A program made the translations under genes and the position numbers. Shown here piece by piece: positions 1 through 8,714 of a stretch of DNA of 47,241 bases (positions within the stretch are counted from its first letter, which is position 1; each line of letters starts with the position of its first letter). Source of the stretch: a virus (lineage: Duplodnaviria; Caudoviricetes); IMG/VR virus record IMGVR_UViG_3300020045_015482, positions 1 through 47,241 of that record; one strand, 5' to 3'. Under the pieces are notes generated by a model. The model searched no databases. It saw nothing but the letters and a program-made list of their open reading frames with translations, and was not told where the DNA came from.

Positions 1-2
1 TA

Positions 3-65
3 AATAAATCAGCGTTATAAATATCAACGCTAGAGTCTAACGGCTCGTGCAAATTGTCTTTAATA
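3..65. repeat. 63 bp perfect inverted copy of 858-920 at the left contig end (probable fold-back chimera)
   Basis: Reverse complement of 3-65 equals 858-920, which lies inside CDS 622-1083. Confidence 0.9.
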
Positions 66-111
66 ATGCAATTCCTCGTCGACAAATCAACATGAGACAC
101 TGTCTCATCAA

Positions 112-230
112 TGGTAAACCAGATTATTTATTTTGGTTTACAATAGGCGGATATATCCCTCAACATTCGCTTGGTTAACCAAAGTTCCAATGGTTAACAA
201 TAGTTAACCTGGTAGCTTTGTTTTGGTTAG
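112..230. repeat. Cluster of short degenerate TGGTTAAC-like repeats in non-coding left end
   Basis: tggtaaacc 112, tggtttac 134, palindrome ttggttaaccaa 171-182, tggttaac 191, agttaacc 202, tggttag 224. Confidence 0.6.
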
Positions 231-541
231 CTTCCTTAATATATACTGTGTGGAATGGATTAGATGGATGAAGCCGGAGCGTTACCTTGCCTTGTTTGTG
301 GTGTTGTTTTAGCGCGGTTTTGGCGGTTGGGTTATGCGGAAATTACGCGGGCTTTGTGGTGTTATTTCAGCCGCGAAATACAAGTTATATGTTGTAAAAT
401 TGCCTTTAATACAACTTATATGTTGTATCATATTTGATACATTTTGGCGAACCGGTTGCTTAGACTTCATGCAATGGAATGTATACTTTGCGGTATACAA
501 TAACCTTTGAGTATACACCTAAAAATAGTTTAAAATAATGC

Positions 542-569
542 TTGACATTGATTATGGTTAGTATATACT
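542..569 (+). promoter_or_regulatory. Sigma70-type early promoter
   Basis: TTGACA 542-547, 16 bp spacer, TATACT 564-569; RBS GAGGGG before ATG 622. Confidence 0.8.
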
Positions 570-621
570 AGTGGTAGATAAAAACATTTAATGACGCTTA
601 GCGTCGGAAAGAGGGGTAAAA

Positions 622-1083
622 ATGACACACACTAAAACAATTCAAGAGTTAGCAAAAGAGATGGGCAAAAATTTTCTTTGTAAAATAAGGACTAACGGCG
701 ATACCTACATGGTATTAAAAAAGAAAATTGGTTGGCAAAAAGATATTATTAAGGCTTGCCATGATATTGACGATGTTATACCTAATGATTATGTTTACCA
801 GTTTATTAGTGATGCCGTTGATATTATTGCCGAAGTAGATGGCGATGATATTGACACTATTAAAGACAATTTGCACGAGCCGTTAGACTCTAGCGTTGAT
901 ATTTATAACGCTGATTTATTGAAATGGGTTATTACTAACCCATCGTTTAGTTGTTGGGTTGACCAAGCAATTGAAGAAATGGGCTGTACAGAACATTTTA
1001 AATCTTTAATGGTTGGACAATATCTACAACGGGAAGCGATTGCCTTTAAAATTGTGGATATGTTAAATGAAATGGTAGCATAA
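622..1083 (+). CDS. Ocr-like acidic DNA-mimic / anti-restriction protein (putative)
   Basis: First gene after a strong promoter; acidic core DDIDTIKDNLHEPLDSSVDIYNADLLKWV resembles T7 Ocr [23 protein letters not shown]. Confidence 0.55.
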   Translation: MTHTKTIQELAKEMGKNFLCKIRTNGDTYMVLKKKIGWQKDIIKACHDIDDVIPNDYVYQFISDAVDIIAEVDGDDIDTIKDNLHEPLDSSVDIYNADLLKWVITNPSFSCWVDQAIEEMGCTEHFKSLMVGQYLQREAIAFKIVDMLNEMVA

Positions 1084-1128
1084 CCTAACCAAAAAACAAT
1101 GCCTTTGATGGCATAGAAAGGTTTAACC

Positions 1129-1281
1129 ATGTTATACAATCGAGAATATAAAGCTGTGCTTAAACGTGGTGCATGGCTAAACAGTCATAACCCAGTTAAA
1201 AGGCAGATGGAAGCCGGATTGATCCTCGCGGCGTGCTTGCTTTCCTCTTTGGTTCTTATTATTATTAGTATAATAGTATAA
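1129..1281 (+). CDS. 50 aa protein with C-terminal transmembrane helix (not in ORF track)
   Basis: GAAAGG RBS; MLYNREYK...LILAACLLSSLVLIIISIIV*. Confidence 0.6.
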   Translation: MLYNREYKAVLKRGAWLNSHNPVKRQMEAGLILAACLLSSLVLIIISIIV

Positions 1282-1293
1282 TAGGCGGATAGT

Positions 1294-1440
1294 ATGAAAG
1301 TAAAATATCCTTGTTGCCCGCAATGCCACAAGACTATTGATCGATGGGATAACTTCACTTTGAAGGCTTATTGCCCGGTTTGCAAGCTGTATTTCCAAGT
1401 AGCAGAATTCGTTCACCTTTACTTTGCGGGGCAATTATAG
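1294..1440 (+). CDS. 48 aa zinc-ribbon protein (not in ORF track)
   Basis: MKVKYPCCPQCHK...YCPVCKLY; two CxxC motifs. Confidence 0.65.
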   Translation: MKVKYPCCPQCHKTIDRWDNFTLKAYCPVCKLYFQVAEFVHLYFAGQL

Positions 1441-1551
1441 CATAGATGGGCTTTTTAGCCATGTTCGTGCCTTGTAGGGCTTGCCACGGGGCTTTGTGTG
1501 CCTCTAGGCTGGCTTTGTTAACCTCTTTTAACCTCTATTCTATTAGTTATT

Positions 1552-2007
1552 ATGATAAGGCTACCTTGTAGGCTTTGCGGTACTGTGGACTATCCTAAGT
1601 GGAAATACCTTCAGAATGGCATACGTTACCTTGCTAGGCATTGTATATTGTGCCAGCGTGAGAAGTGGCGGGAACGCGAGGAACGTGATAGGAATAACCC
1701 TAAAAGAGTAACCCAAAAACGTAAAGCTATTAAAAAATGGATGAAGCGGAATATTAAGCGGTGTAAGAAGGCGGCTAAGCTATATTCCGAAAAACATAAG
1801 GAAAGGATAAGATTGCGCCATCATTACTGGTATCTGGCTAATAAAAAAAGGCTTAATGAGCTTGGCCGATTATGGCGGTTAAAAAACCGCAAAAAGAAAC
1901 GGGGGTATAATAACAAAAAACACGTGTGGAGGAGAATGGAAACGCTAAGAGTAACCCAAATAATGAAAGGAATAAAACACTATGAAACACACAAAAAACA
2001 GTTTTAA
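1552..2007 (+). CDS. Basic zinc-finger protein resembling the N-terminal part of phage HNH proteins
   Basis: CRLC...CILC followed by K/R-rich helical repeats; no HNH motif seen. Confidence 0.6.
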   Translation: MIRLPCRLCGTVDYPKWKYLQNGIRYLARHCILCQREKWREREERDRNNPKRVTQKRKAIKKWMKRNIKRCKKAAKLYSEKHKERIRLRHHYWYLANKKRLNELGRLWRLKNRKKKRGYNNKKHVWRRMETLRVTQIMKGIKHYETHKKQF

Positions 2008-2157
2008 GGAAACCCAAACTCCAAGCGACCAAACCTTCAATCAAGAAACCTTCAACAACGAAATAAACCAAGAGATTATTCACTACCTATCAATCTATCC
2101 TCGCGCTTACCTCGATTACTTCGACAATATTTATGATCAAAAAAAGCTAAGTCGTTA

Positions 2158-2185
2158 TTGACATTTAATTTCTTTGTGCTAGAAT
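2158..2185 (+). promoter_or_regulatory. Sigma70-type promoter upstream of helicase
   Basis: TTGACA 2158-2163, 16 bp, TG-n-TAGAAT with -10 at 2180-2185. Confidence 0.7.
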
Positions 2186-2316
2186 ATTTTTTATGCAAAC
2201 AATTTATTCGTTCCTAATTATTCCAAACATAACTCCACCAAGGTTTGACCCCGACGGCAATCCTGCCTCGCGCGGATAAGTTGTTTGCAATGCCGAAGGG
2301 GTTCTTTTAAGGTTAA

Positions 2317-3294
2317 ATGATTAAGCAAGAGGATATCCTTAACGGGATTGAGCTTTTTAATTTGCCTAATGAGCCCAATAATTACCTCATTGATGGTATA
2401 CTTTGGGAACAACAAACCATAATGATTTTGGCAAAAGAGAAGGTTGGAAAGTCAATCTTCGCGCTTCAAATGGCATGCGCTTTAAGCAGTGGAGAATCAT
2501 TCCTTAGCGAATATGAGGTTTCCGAACCCATGAACGTTCTTTACATTCAAACGGAATCTAACCGGCCGGAAACTATTCAACGCTTAAGGTCTATGCTGGC
2601 GGTTAATGGTGTGACTTGGAATCCGGATAACTTTAATTTCCTTCTTTCCGATAACATTGCTCTTGATACTAATAAGGGGTACTTTGCCCTGGTTAACCGG
2701 ATTAAGCAAAAAGGTATAATGCCTCGCGTTATTATTATTGACCCGCTTTATATGTCAATGATAGGAAGCCTTAACGATGACCTCTGCGTTCGTAATATCT
2801 GCAATAATATACGTAAGTTAATATTATTATATAATTGCGCTGTGGTTATCGTTCACCATGAGCACCGGCCTAAGTATGACATCTATCATGTTAAGATGGA
2901 CGAAGGCGATAATGCTATTATGGGTTCATTTGCCCTTAAAGCCTATATGAACCATATTCTACACTTAAGGCATAAGAAGGACGCTATTCGATCCTTAACC
3001 TGTAACACCCAGCGCAGCCTCCGCGTTATCAAGGATATGGATATTGAGCTTATATCCGAACCATTACATTATACCATTATTGGGACGGTTGACCACCCAA
3101 GTTATTATGACAAGATAAAGGAAACGCTGGAGAACTATTCAACGCCCATGACCGCGGAAGAATTGGTCAGGTCAACAAGGCTTTCAGAGTCAGCCGTTCG
3201 TAAATCTTTGGGTTACCTTTTCAAGACTAAAGAAATTACCAAAACTAACCCAGGAAAAAGACCAGTGTTATATACTAGGAGAATAACTTCATGA
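2317..3294 (+). CDS. RecA-fold AAA_25 / RepA-like replicative helicase with C-terminal winged HTH
   Basis: Walker A AKEKVGKS, Walker B IIIDP, VVIVHH motif; C-terminal MTAEELVRSTRLSESAVRKSLGYL. Confidence 0.8.
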   Translation: MIKQEDILNGIELFNLPNEPNNYLIDGILWEQQTIMILAKEKVGKSIFALQMACALSSGESFLSEYEVSEPMNVLYIQTESNRPETIQRLRSMLAVNGVTWNPDNFNFLLSDNIALDTNKGYFALVNRIKQKGIMPRVIIIDPLYMSMIGSLNDDLCVRNICNNIRKLILLYNCAVVIVHHEHRPKYDIYHVKMDEGDNAIMGSFALKAYMNHILHLRHKKDAIRSLTCNTQRSLRVIKDMDIELISEPLHYTIIGTVDHPSYYDKIKETLENYSTPMTAEELVRSTRLSESAVRKSLGYLFKTKEITKTNPGKRPVLYTRRITS

Positions 3295-3605
3295 TATATA
3301 CCCACAAGCTATTGCTATGAACCATAATATAGGGCTAAACTATACTTAGCCCTATTATATTCATAGCAGTCTAGGTATATGGTAGAGTGTAGAGTCTATT
3401 GTGGGCTTTTTAGAGGCCCACAGAATAGTCAAAAAATGGTTAAAAATAGGGGGTAAAAATGGCATATTTTGATAGGGATAAGTTGGAAAGTTTACAGGCT
3501 TATTGGTGGCTGGATGAACCGCGCAGAAGAAGCCGGAAGGAAACAGAAGAACCTGAAGAAGATGACCTTGTTGATTATGAAGACTCAATTATTTTAAAAT
3601 AATGC

Positions 3606-3634
3606 TTGATTTTTAGGCAATCATAATATATAAT
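3606..3634 (+). promoter_or_regulatory. Sigma70-type promoter, likely giving a leaderless transcript
   Basis: TTGATT 3606-3611, 17 bp, TATAAT 3629-3634; ATG 3642 only 7 nt downstream with no SD. Confidence 0.65.
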
Positions 3635-3641
3635 ATATACC

Positions 3642-3884
3642 ATGAAAATTAAATCACGATTAGTTACCTGCCTTTATGTCCGCCAAGGAGATCAGCTTTT
3701 GTTGCGCCATCTTAAACAAAAACAGAAAGTGAAGTTAGCTGAAATATTCCGCGCCGGTTTAGGGGTGTATTGCCAAAAATTTAACATTAACCCAGACAAC
3801 TTTTACAATGGAACAAACACAGACGGTTGGAAGAATAACTTACCAGTCGTGGAAATCACACGGAATCCAGCAGAGCAAAATTGA
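3642..3884 (+). CDS. Putative ribbon-helix-helix DNA-binding protein
   Basis: Beta-strand LVTCLYV then helices QLLLRHLKQK and LAEIFRAGLGVY. Confidence 0.5.
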   Translation: MKIKSRLVTCLYVRQGDQLLLRHLKQKQKVKLAEIFRAGLGVYCQKFNINPDNFYNGTNTDGWKNNLPVVEITRNPAEQN

Positions 3885-3990
3885 AAAAGCTTTTGCTATC
3901 GTAACCAAACTCACCGAGGAAAAAGTTATCCACACAAAAAACAAACATGATTTTATTAAGGTTGTGGATATGATTGTTGAAATACTTTAG
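3808..3990 (+). CDS. Hypothetical protein
   Basis: 60 aa ORF on the operon strand, overlapping the previous ORF. Confidence 0.45.
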   Translation: MEQTQTVGRITYQSWKSHGIQQSKIEKAFAIVTKLTEEKVIHTKNKHDFIKVVDMIVEIL

Positions 3991-4016
3991 CTGAAGGGAG
4001 ATTGTGATTACCATTA

Positions 4017-4685
4017 ATGAACGTCGGCGTTATCGGCGACACCCACATTCCTTTTGAGAAGAAGGAATACCTGGATTTCTGTTTCCAAACATTCCGTGAA
4101 TATAAGTGTGATGAAGTTATTCACATAGGCGATTTGGTTGATTTTAACAGCATTAGTACCCATTGGGAGAAAGACCCCGATGGATTTTCACCGAAACACG
4201 AACTTGACGCAACACTAAAAAAATTAAGATTGTGGTATAAGGCGTTTCCCAAATGCACCGTGCTTATAGGCAACCACGATGAACGCCTTCAACGCGCCGG
4301 TATTAAATATGGACTGTGTTCAGCCTACTTTAAAAGCCTTCCTCAGATTTTCCAATTCCCTAAAGAGTGGAATTACCAGTTTGAAACGTATCGGCATAAT
4401 GTTCGCTATTTTCATGGAATGGGATATGGAGGAAAGACTTGTCATATTAATGCTGCTGTTGAGCATGGCCAGTCTGTTGTTATGGGGCATATACATTCTA
4501 ACTTTGGAGTTAGTTATTCCGCTTCCGAACTTCTTTTAGTGTTCGGGTTGGCGGTTGGTTGTGGTATTGACAGACATACTCTTGCTTTTCGTTATGGACG
4601 GGATTTTCGGCGTAAGCCGATATTAGGCTGTGGTGTGGTGCTAGAAAATGGGAAGTTTGGTGTTCCCGTTCCAATGGAACTTTAA
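4017..4685 (+). CDS. Calcineurin-like metallophosphoesterase
   Basis: GDTH, IGDLVD, GNHD, FHG and GHIH metal-binding motifs. Confidence 0.9.
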   Translation: MNVGVIGDTHIPFEKKEYLDFCFQTFREYKCDEVIHIGDLVDFNSISTHWEKDPDGFSPKHELDATLKKLRLWYKAFPKCTVLIGNHDERLQRAGIKYGLCSAYFKSLPQIFQFPKEWNYQFETYRHNVRYFHGMGYGGKTCHINAAVEHGQSVVMGHIHSNFGVSYSASELLLVFGLAVGCGIDRHTLAFRYGRDFRRKPILGCGVVLENGKFGVPVPMEL

Positions 4686-4700
4686 CCGGAAAGGAACTGC

Positions 4701-4919
4701 ATGAAAGAATATAGTAACCCTAACTTTATGGATGAAATTGAAAATAAATTGAAGGATCGCTCAAGCGATTACCTTGTAATTTGTATCCACGACGATAAAG
4801 TTTATTATCGATATTCATCGAAGGTTTCCTCCTATGGTATGGCGGCGCTAATATTAGAGAACATTACCGATGAATGGCATACAGAAGGAATAGAAGACAT
4901 GGAGGACGGTGCCCTATAG
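4701..4919 (+). CDS. Hypothetical protein
   Basis: AAGGA RBS, 72 aa acidic ORF. Confidence 0.65.
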   Translation: MKEYSNPNFMDEIENKLKDRSSDYLVICIHDDKVYYRYSSKVSSYGMAALILENITDEWHTEGIEDMEDGAL

Positions 4920-4969
4920 CGGCTGATGGCGTTAATGTTAACCCCTCGCGCTCTACACTTCAGTAGAAA

Positions 4970-5176
4970 GTGGTTAATATCGTCCTCTTACTTTTTATGA
5001 GAATAATAATTAAACAAAATAAGATTAGCTGTGACCTTGATAATCCCGATACGGAAAATGTTTCCGACGCTTATATTCTTTTTAAACAGGCGTTGTTAGC
5101 GGTGGGGTATCAACCGGAAAGTATTGATGAAGCTATTCTTGTGCAAGCTGACTTTATTGGATTAGATAAGCAATGA
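4970..5176 (+). CDS. Hypothetical protein (start may be the internal ATG)
   Basis: ORF in operon; stop overlaps next start (ATGA). Confidence 0.55.
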   Translation: MVNIVLLLFMRIIIKQNKISCDLDNPDTENVSDAYILFKQALLAVGYQPESIDEAILVQADFIGLDKQ

Positions 5177-5337
5177 ATATTTCCCCACGAACTTGCGATT
5201 GTCATTGCTGGATGACGTGGCTCGACGACAAATTGGGCATGAACTTCAATACACTTAATTATTGGCGGCTTTGTTTTATCTGTGGGCTTCTTCATTATAC
5301 AAATAAGGCTGAAGAACTTGGCATAGAAAAATATTGA
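5173..5337 (+). CDS. 54 aa Cys-rich protein (not in ORF track)
   Basis: MNISPRTCDCHC...LCFICG; ATGA coupling to the upstream ORF. Confidence 0.5.
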   Translation: MNISPRTCDCHCWMTWLDDKLGMNFNTLNYWRLCFICGLLHYTNKAEELGIEKY

Positions 5338-5362
5338 CAAGTGGCATAATTTTTGTTATACT
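5334..5362 (+). promoter_or_regulatory. Consensus sigma70 promoter for recombination operon
   Basis: TTGACA 5334-5339, 17 bp, TG-n-TATACT with -10 at 5357-5362. Confidence 0.85.
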
Positions 5363-5516
5363 CTTAGGTAATGGTCAACACTAAAACATCACAACATAAC
5401 TCCCTTTATATTTTCTCGCGTACAGGATGTTTGCTAGGTGGGAACCCCTTTCTTCCCTTCCGAAGTGTGATCCTGCAAAAGTATGCAAACTAAACTTTTG
5501 CCGCGAGTTACTTTTT

Positions 5517-5714
5517 ATGAAATTTAAAGAAGCCAACATTATTGTTCAATATATTTTAAAAAGCAAGCATAGCTTTAATGAGTGGGAAGAAGCTTTCCTC
5601 AGCGCCATTATTAATGAACAGCGCGACTTAACCGATAAACAAGCTAAAGCCCTTCAAGGAATTTATACCCGCGCTGTGGGTGGCGGTAATTATCAAAAAA
5701 GGCATTTTGTATGA
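5517..5714 (+). CDS. Small phage protein (start reassigned to ATG 5517)
   Basis: NEWEEAFLSAI...LTDKQAKAL pattern recurrent in phage proteins; upstream part of the ORF-track call is a structured leader. Confidence 0.6.
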   Translation: MKFKEANIIVQYILKSKHSFNEWEEAFLSAIINEQRDLTDKQAKALQGIYTRAVGGGNYQKRHFV

Positions 5715-6361
5715 TTGAGGAACTTTTGGATAATGATTTGTTGAAGGAACAAGAGAAACATGAGAAACGGGTGCGCTCTGGAAAGTTTACGCCATCATCA
5801 TTTGGGCAGTGTTACCGCCGGCAGATATGGAAAAGGAAAGGTGAACCAGAAAGTGATAAGCCCCCCATTGAAACCTTACGGACATTTCGCATTGGTAAAC
5901 TGTTTCACCAAATGATTCAGAGTTTGTTGCCGTTTCATTTAACCGAGGTGGAAATTTCCAACGATAATATTTTTGGGTACGCCGATATTGTTACCAACGA
6001 AGAAGTGATTGATATTAAAAGTCAGAATACTTATGCTTTTAAGCTTATGGGAAAACCGGAGTTTGTCCTTGCGGAACAGAAGATGGATCATATACTTCAG
6101 GTCTGCACCTATGCTTATTTACTGGGGAAACAAAAAGCCCGCCTGGTCTATATTAATAAGGAAAGCATGGAGATTCGAGAATTTGAATTGATGGTGGATG
6201 ATTACCTTCAGCAGATTGAAAAGGAAATTGCGGTTTTGGTTAATTGGTTAATGAAGGATGAATTGCCGCCGCCAGAACCGAGATTGTATAAAAAGAAGGA
6301 TGGCTTTGGAGAATGCCTCTATTGCCAATTTTACACTAAATGTAAAGGAAAGGAATTCTAA
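5711..6361 (+). CDS. Cas4-like PD-(D/E)XK exonuclease
   Basis: PSSFGQCYR, GKLFH, ADIV...IDIKS, QVCTYA, C-terminal CLYCQFYTKC (four-Cys cluster). Confidence 0.85.
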   Translation: MIEELLDNDLLKEQEKHEKRVRSGKFTPSSFGQCYRRQIWKRKGEPESDKPPIETLRTFRIGKLFHQMIQSLLPFHLTEVEISNDNIFGYADIVTNEEVIDIKSQNTYAFKLMGKPEFVLAEQKMDHILQVCTYAYLLGKQKARLVYINKESMEIREFELMVDDYLQQIEKEIAVLVNWLMKDELPPPEPRLYKKKDGFGECLYCQFYTKCKGKEF

Positions 6362-6537
6362 TGCACGACAAAGAAACCAAATATTTGGTAAAGACCATGT
6401 TTGAGGCTTACTTCGACATGAACAAGCGGATGGGGTATATGAACGACACGCAGATTGATAAACTTAAAGTTATGTTAGAGATAAGAGAAATGGAGATTGA
6501 TATGAACGGAGGGGAAAATGCTTTTACCAACAAGTAA
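6361..6537 (+). CDS. 58 aa hypothetical protein (not in ORF track)
   Basis: TAATG coupling; MHDKETKYLVKTMFEAYF... Confidence 0.55.
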   Translation: MHDKETKYLVKTMFEAYFDMNKRMGYMNDTQIDKLKVMLEIREMEIDMNGGENAFTNK

Positions 6538-7258
6538 GTCGGAGAAAGAAACTTCATTGAACAAACAGGTGATGATGATTTATGGGCGGGCGGGGGTGGG
6601 TAAGTCAACCTTCTGTTCTTACTTTGAAGATTCTTTATTTTTTGCCACTGAGCCGGGGCTTAACCACCTTGAGGTTTTTAAAGTTCCTATTAATTCTTGG
6701 GAAACTTTTCTTGAAGCTTGTGGCGCGGTAGCTGGCGGTCAACATAAGTTTAAAACTATCATTGTGGACACCATTGATAACCTCATCATTTATTGCAGTG
6801 ATTATATCTGCCGAGAAAACAAAATTGAACACCCTGGGGATATGCCACATGGCAAAGGTTGGGCTATGGTTACCTATGAACTTAACCGATCCTTAACCAA
6901 ACTTTATGGGTTGGGTTATGGGGTTATTCTTATCAGCCATTCTAAACAAGAGGAAATAGAAACAAAAACCAAAAAGTATAACCGGTTTACCATTGATGTT
7001 GGCGGTAAAAATCAAAACATTATATTGAAGGCTATGGAGATTATTCTTTTCATGGATAGCGAAATGCGCGAAGGGGTTGAGGTTGGGGTTATCCGTACCA
7101 AACCTTCACTCTATTGGGAAGCTAAGGATAAGTCTACCTTACTCCCTTCAGAAATACCTTACCCTCTAAACAACCCAAAAGTAGCTTTTGATATAGTTTA
7201 TAAAGCGTTCAATAAAACACAAACCTCAAGCGAAACCAAAAAAGGAGAACAAAAATGA
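6518..7258 (+). CDS. Sak4-like AAA_24 ATPase / single-strand annealing protein
   Basis: YGRAGVGKST, ATEPG, TIIVDTID, LISH; sits between exonuclease and SSB-like genes. Confidence 0.85.
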   Translation: MLLPTSKSEKETSLNKQVMMIYGRAGVGKSTFCSYFEDSLFFATEPGLNHLEVFKVPINSWETFLEACGAVAGGQHKFKTIIVDTIDNLIIYCSDYICRENKIEHPGDMPHGKGWAMVTYELNRSLTKLYGLGYGVILISHSKQEEIETKTKKYNRFTIDVGGKNQNIILKAMEIILFMDSEMREGVEVGVIRTKPSLYWEAKDKSTLLPSEIPYPLNNPKVAFDIVYKAFNKTQTSSETKKGEQK

Positions 7259-7725
7259 GTTTTGAACAACTGCAAAGTTACACACCGGAAGCGCCCAAAG
7301 AAGGCGGGTTTGAACCGTTTAAGTATACGGGGAAAGCTAAGATTGAGAAGTCAATTATTTCAATAAACAAAATGGTGGATACGGAATTTTATCCAATTGG
7401 ATGTAACCAGATTGAGATTGAAGCAATCGTGTTGGAAGGTGAAAACGCCGGAAGAAAGTTGTGGAAACGGTTTAACTTGGATGATGAACACCAAGACAAA
7501 AAAGGGAAAACTTCGCTTCATAAGCTGGCGGATCAACTTTGGGCAGTCGGGCTTACCTTTAAATCGCTTGAGGAATTAAAGGCGGTTAATGAAAGCTTTG
7601 TTGACATGGAGGTTAATATTAAGGCTTGGCCGGTTGATTTTAAAGATGGCCGCGATAAAGTTCAAATGTGGAATATTAAAGGACGCGGGAACAGTTGGTC
7701 AACATCAAATAAACCATCGTTCTAG
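7255..7725 (+). CDS. Single-stranded DNA-binding protein (DUF669-like)
   Basis: GGFEPF...VLEGENAGRKLW; terminal F; follows Sak4. Confidence 0.7.
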   Translation: MSFEQLQSYTPEAPKEGGFEPFKYTGKAKIEKSIISINKMVDTEFYPIGCNQIEIEAIVLEGENAGRKLWKRFNLDDEHQDKKGKTSLHKLADQLWAVGLTFKSLEELKAVNESFVDMEVNIKAWPVDFKDGRDKVQMWNIKGRGNSWSTSNKPSF

Positions 7726-7790
7726 TGAAAATTTAATGCTTTTTAAAAACGCTTCTGAACACTCTAAACATCATTGGATGGAGAAAAAGA

Positions 7791-8243
7791 ATAAAACTCT
7801 TAATCGATAGTCGTGAGCAAAATCCGTTAATCTTTAACCACCCCATCATTACCGAGGTGTTAACCGAAAAACTGGATGTGGGTGATTACGGGGCAAGGTT
7901 TGAAAACGGTTACATTCCGCCGGTGTTCTTTGACCGGAAAAGCATTAGTGACCTTTTTGGGACAATGGGGACGGGCTACAAGCGCTTTAAGAAGTGTATT
8001 GTCCGTTCCCAAGAGGCTAAGGTTAAACTTTTCGTGATAGTGGAAGGAACGCTCACCGATGTGTTTAAAGGTACCAAATACAGCACGATTAACGGCGCAA
8101 CCATGGTTTATAAGTTGTTTACCTTGTGGGTTAAACACGATGTGCAGACCATTTTTTGTAAGGATCGTGAAGAAATGAGTAAGTATATTACCCAATATTT
8201 CATCGCGGTGGGCAAACACTATATTGGTGGGTTGAAAACGTAA
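7791..8243 (+). CDS. ERCC4-domain nuclease; probable ATA start at 7791
   Basis: LIDSREQ, LDVGDY, FDRKSISDL, VIVEG motifs; GGAG 7 nt before in-frame ATA; in-frame stop at 7734. Confidence 0.8.
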   Translation: MKLLIDSREQNPLIFNHPIITEVLTEKLDVGDYGARFENGYIPPVFFDRKSISDLFGTMGTGYKRFKKCIVRSQEAKVKLFVIVEGTLTDVFKGTKYSTINGATMVYKLFTLWVKHDVQTIFCKDREEMSKYITQYFIAVGKHYIGGLKT

Positions 8244-8325
8244 CCTTGTTGCTTTTGGCGCTCGCTTTTGGTTTTCTCTTTATAAACTGTTTTTATTTGA
8301 GCGAAGCGAAAATCAGGAGAATTAA

Positions 8326-8520
8326 ATGACCGATGGAATGAACGCAATAAGAAAAAGGATTGAAGGTGAAAAAAGGGAATCCATTATAAATGATTTATGT
8401 GATGAGTATAGGAAATATTTGGAACAATACAGCACTTATGCTTTAAAAGAGTTAGATGAGGGAAATACTTTTGTTTTTCAGGAAAGAGTGTTTAAGGAAA
8501 ATAAACGTTGTTGTGAATAA
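8326..8520 (+). CDS. Hypothetical protein
   Basis: AGGAG RBS, 64 aa. Confidence 0.7.
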   Translation: MTDGMNAIRKRIEGEKRESIINDLCDEYRKYLEQYSTYALKELDEGNTFVFQERVFKENKRCCE

Positions 8521-8543
8521 CTTGATTCGTGTAAGGATTAATT

Positions 8544-8714
8544 ATGAGTACACAATTAGTTTGTGATGTTTGCGGTAAGGTGGATAAAAATTGTTGGGAA
8601 ATATCTGAAAAATGGTCAATTGGTAGGCTTATTTTACATAATAAGATTGAACGTAAAGATCTTTGTGATGATTGTTTCAGGGAATTATTTAAAAAAGTTG
8701 GAATTGATTGTTAG
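8544..8714 (+). CDS. 56 aa zinc-binding protein (not in ORF track)
   Basis: AAGGA RBS; MSTQLVCDVCG...DLCDDCF. Confidence 0.7.
   Translation: MSTQLVCDVCGKVDKNCWEISEKWSIGRLILHNKIERKDLCDDCFRELFKKVGIDC

Noticed and set aside
1-920. Inverted repeat 3-65 / 858-920 as an invertible element or terminal inverted repeat
   Set aside because: It copies the interior of a CDS, sits exactly at the contig end and no invertase is present; most likely a fold-back library/assembly chimera.
1224-5420. Recurring CTCGCG motif in the early region
   Set aside because: Only six bases and a few copies, some within coding sequence; cannot be distinguished from chance without counting.
5711-6361. Cas4-like gene as part of a CRISPR system
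   Set aside because: No repeat-spacer array or other cas genes; context (Sak4, SSB) is a standard phage recombination module.
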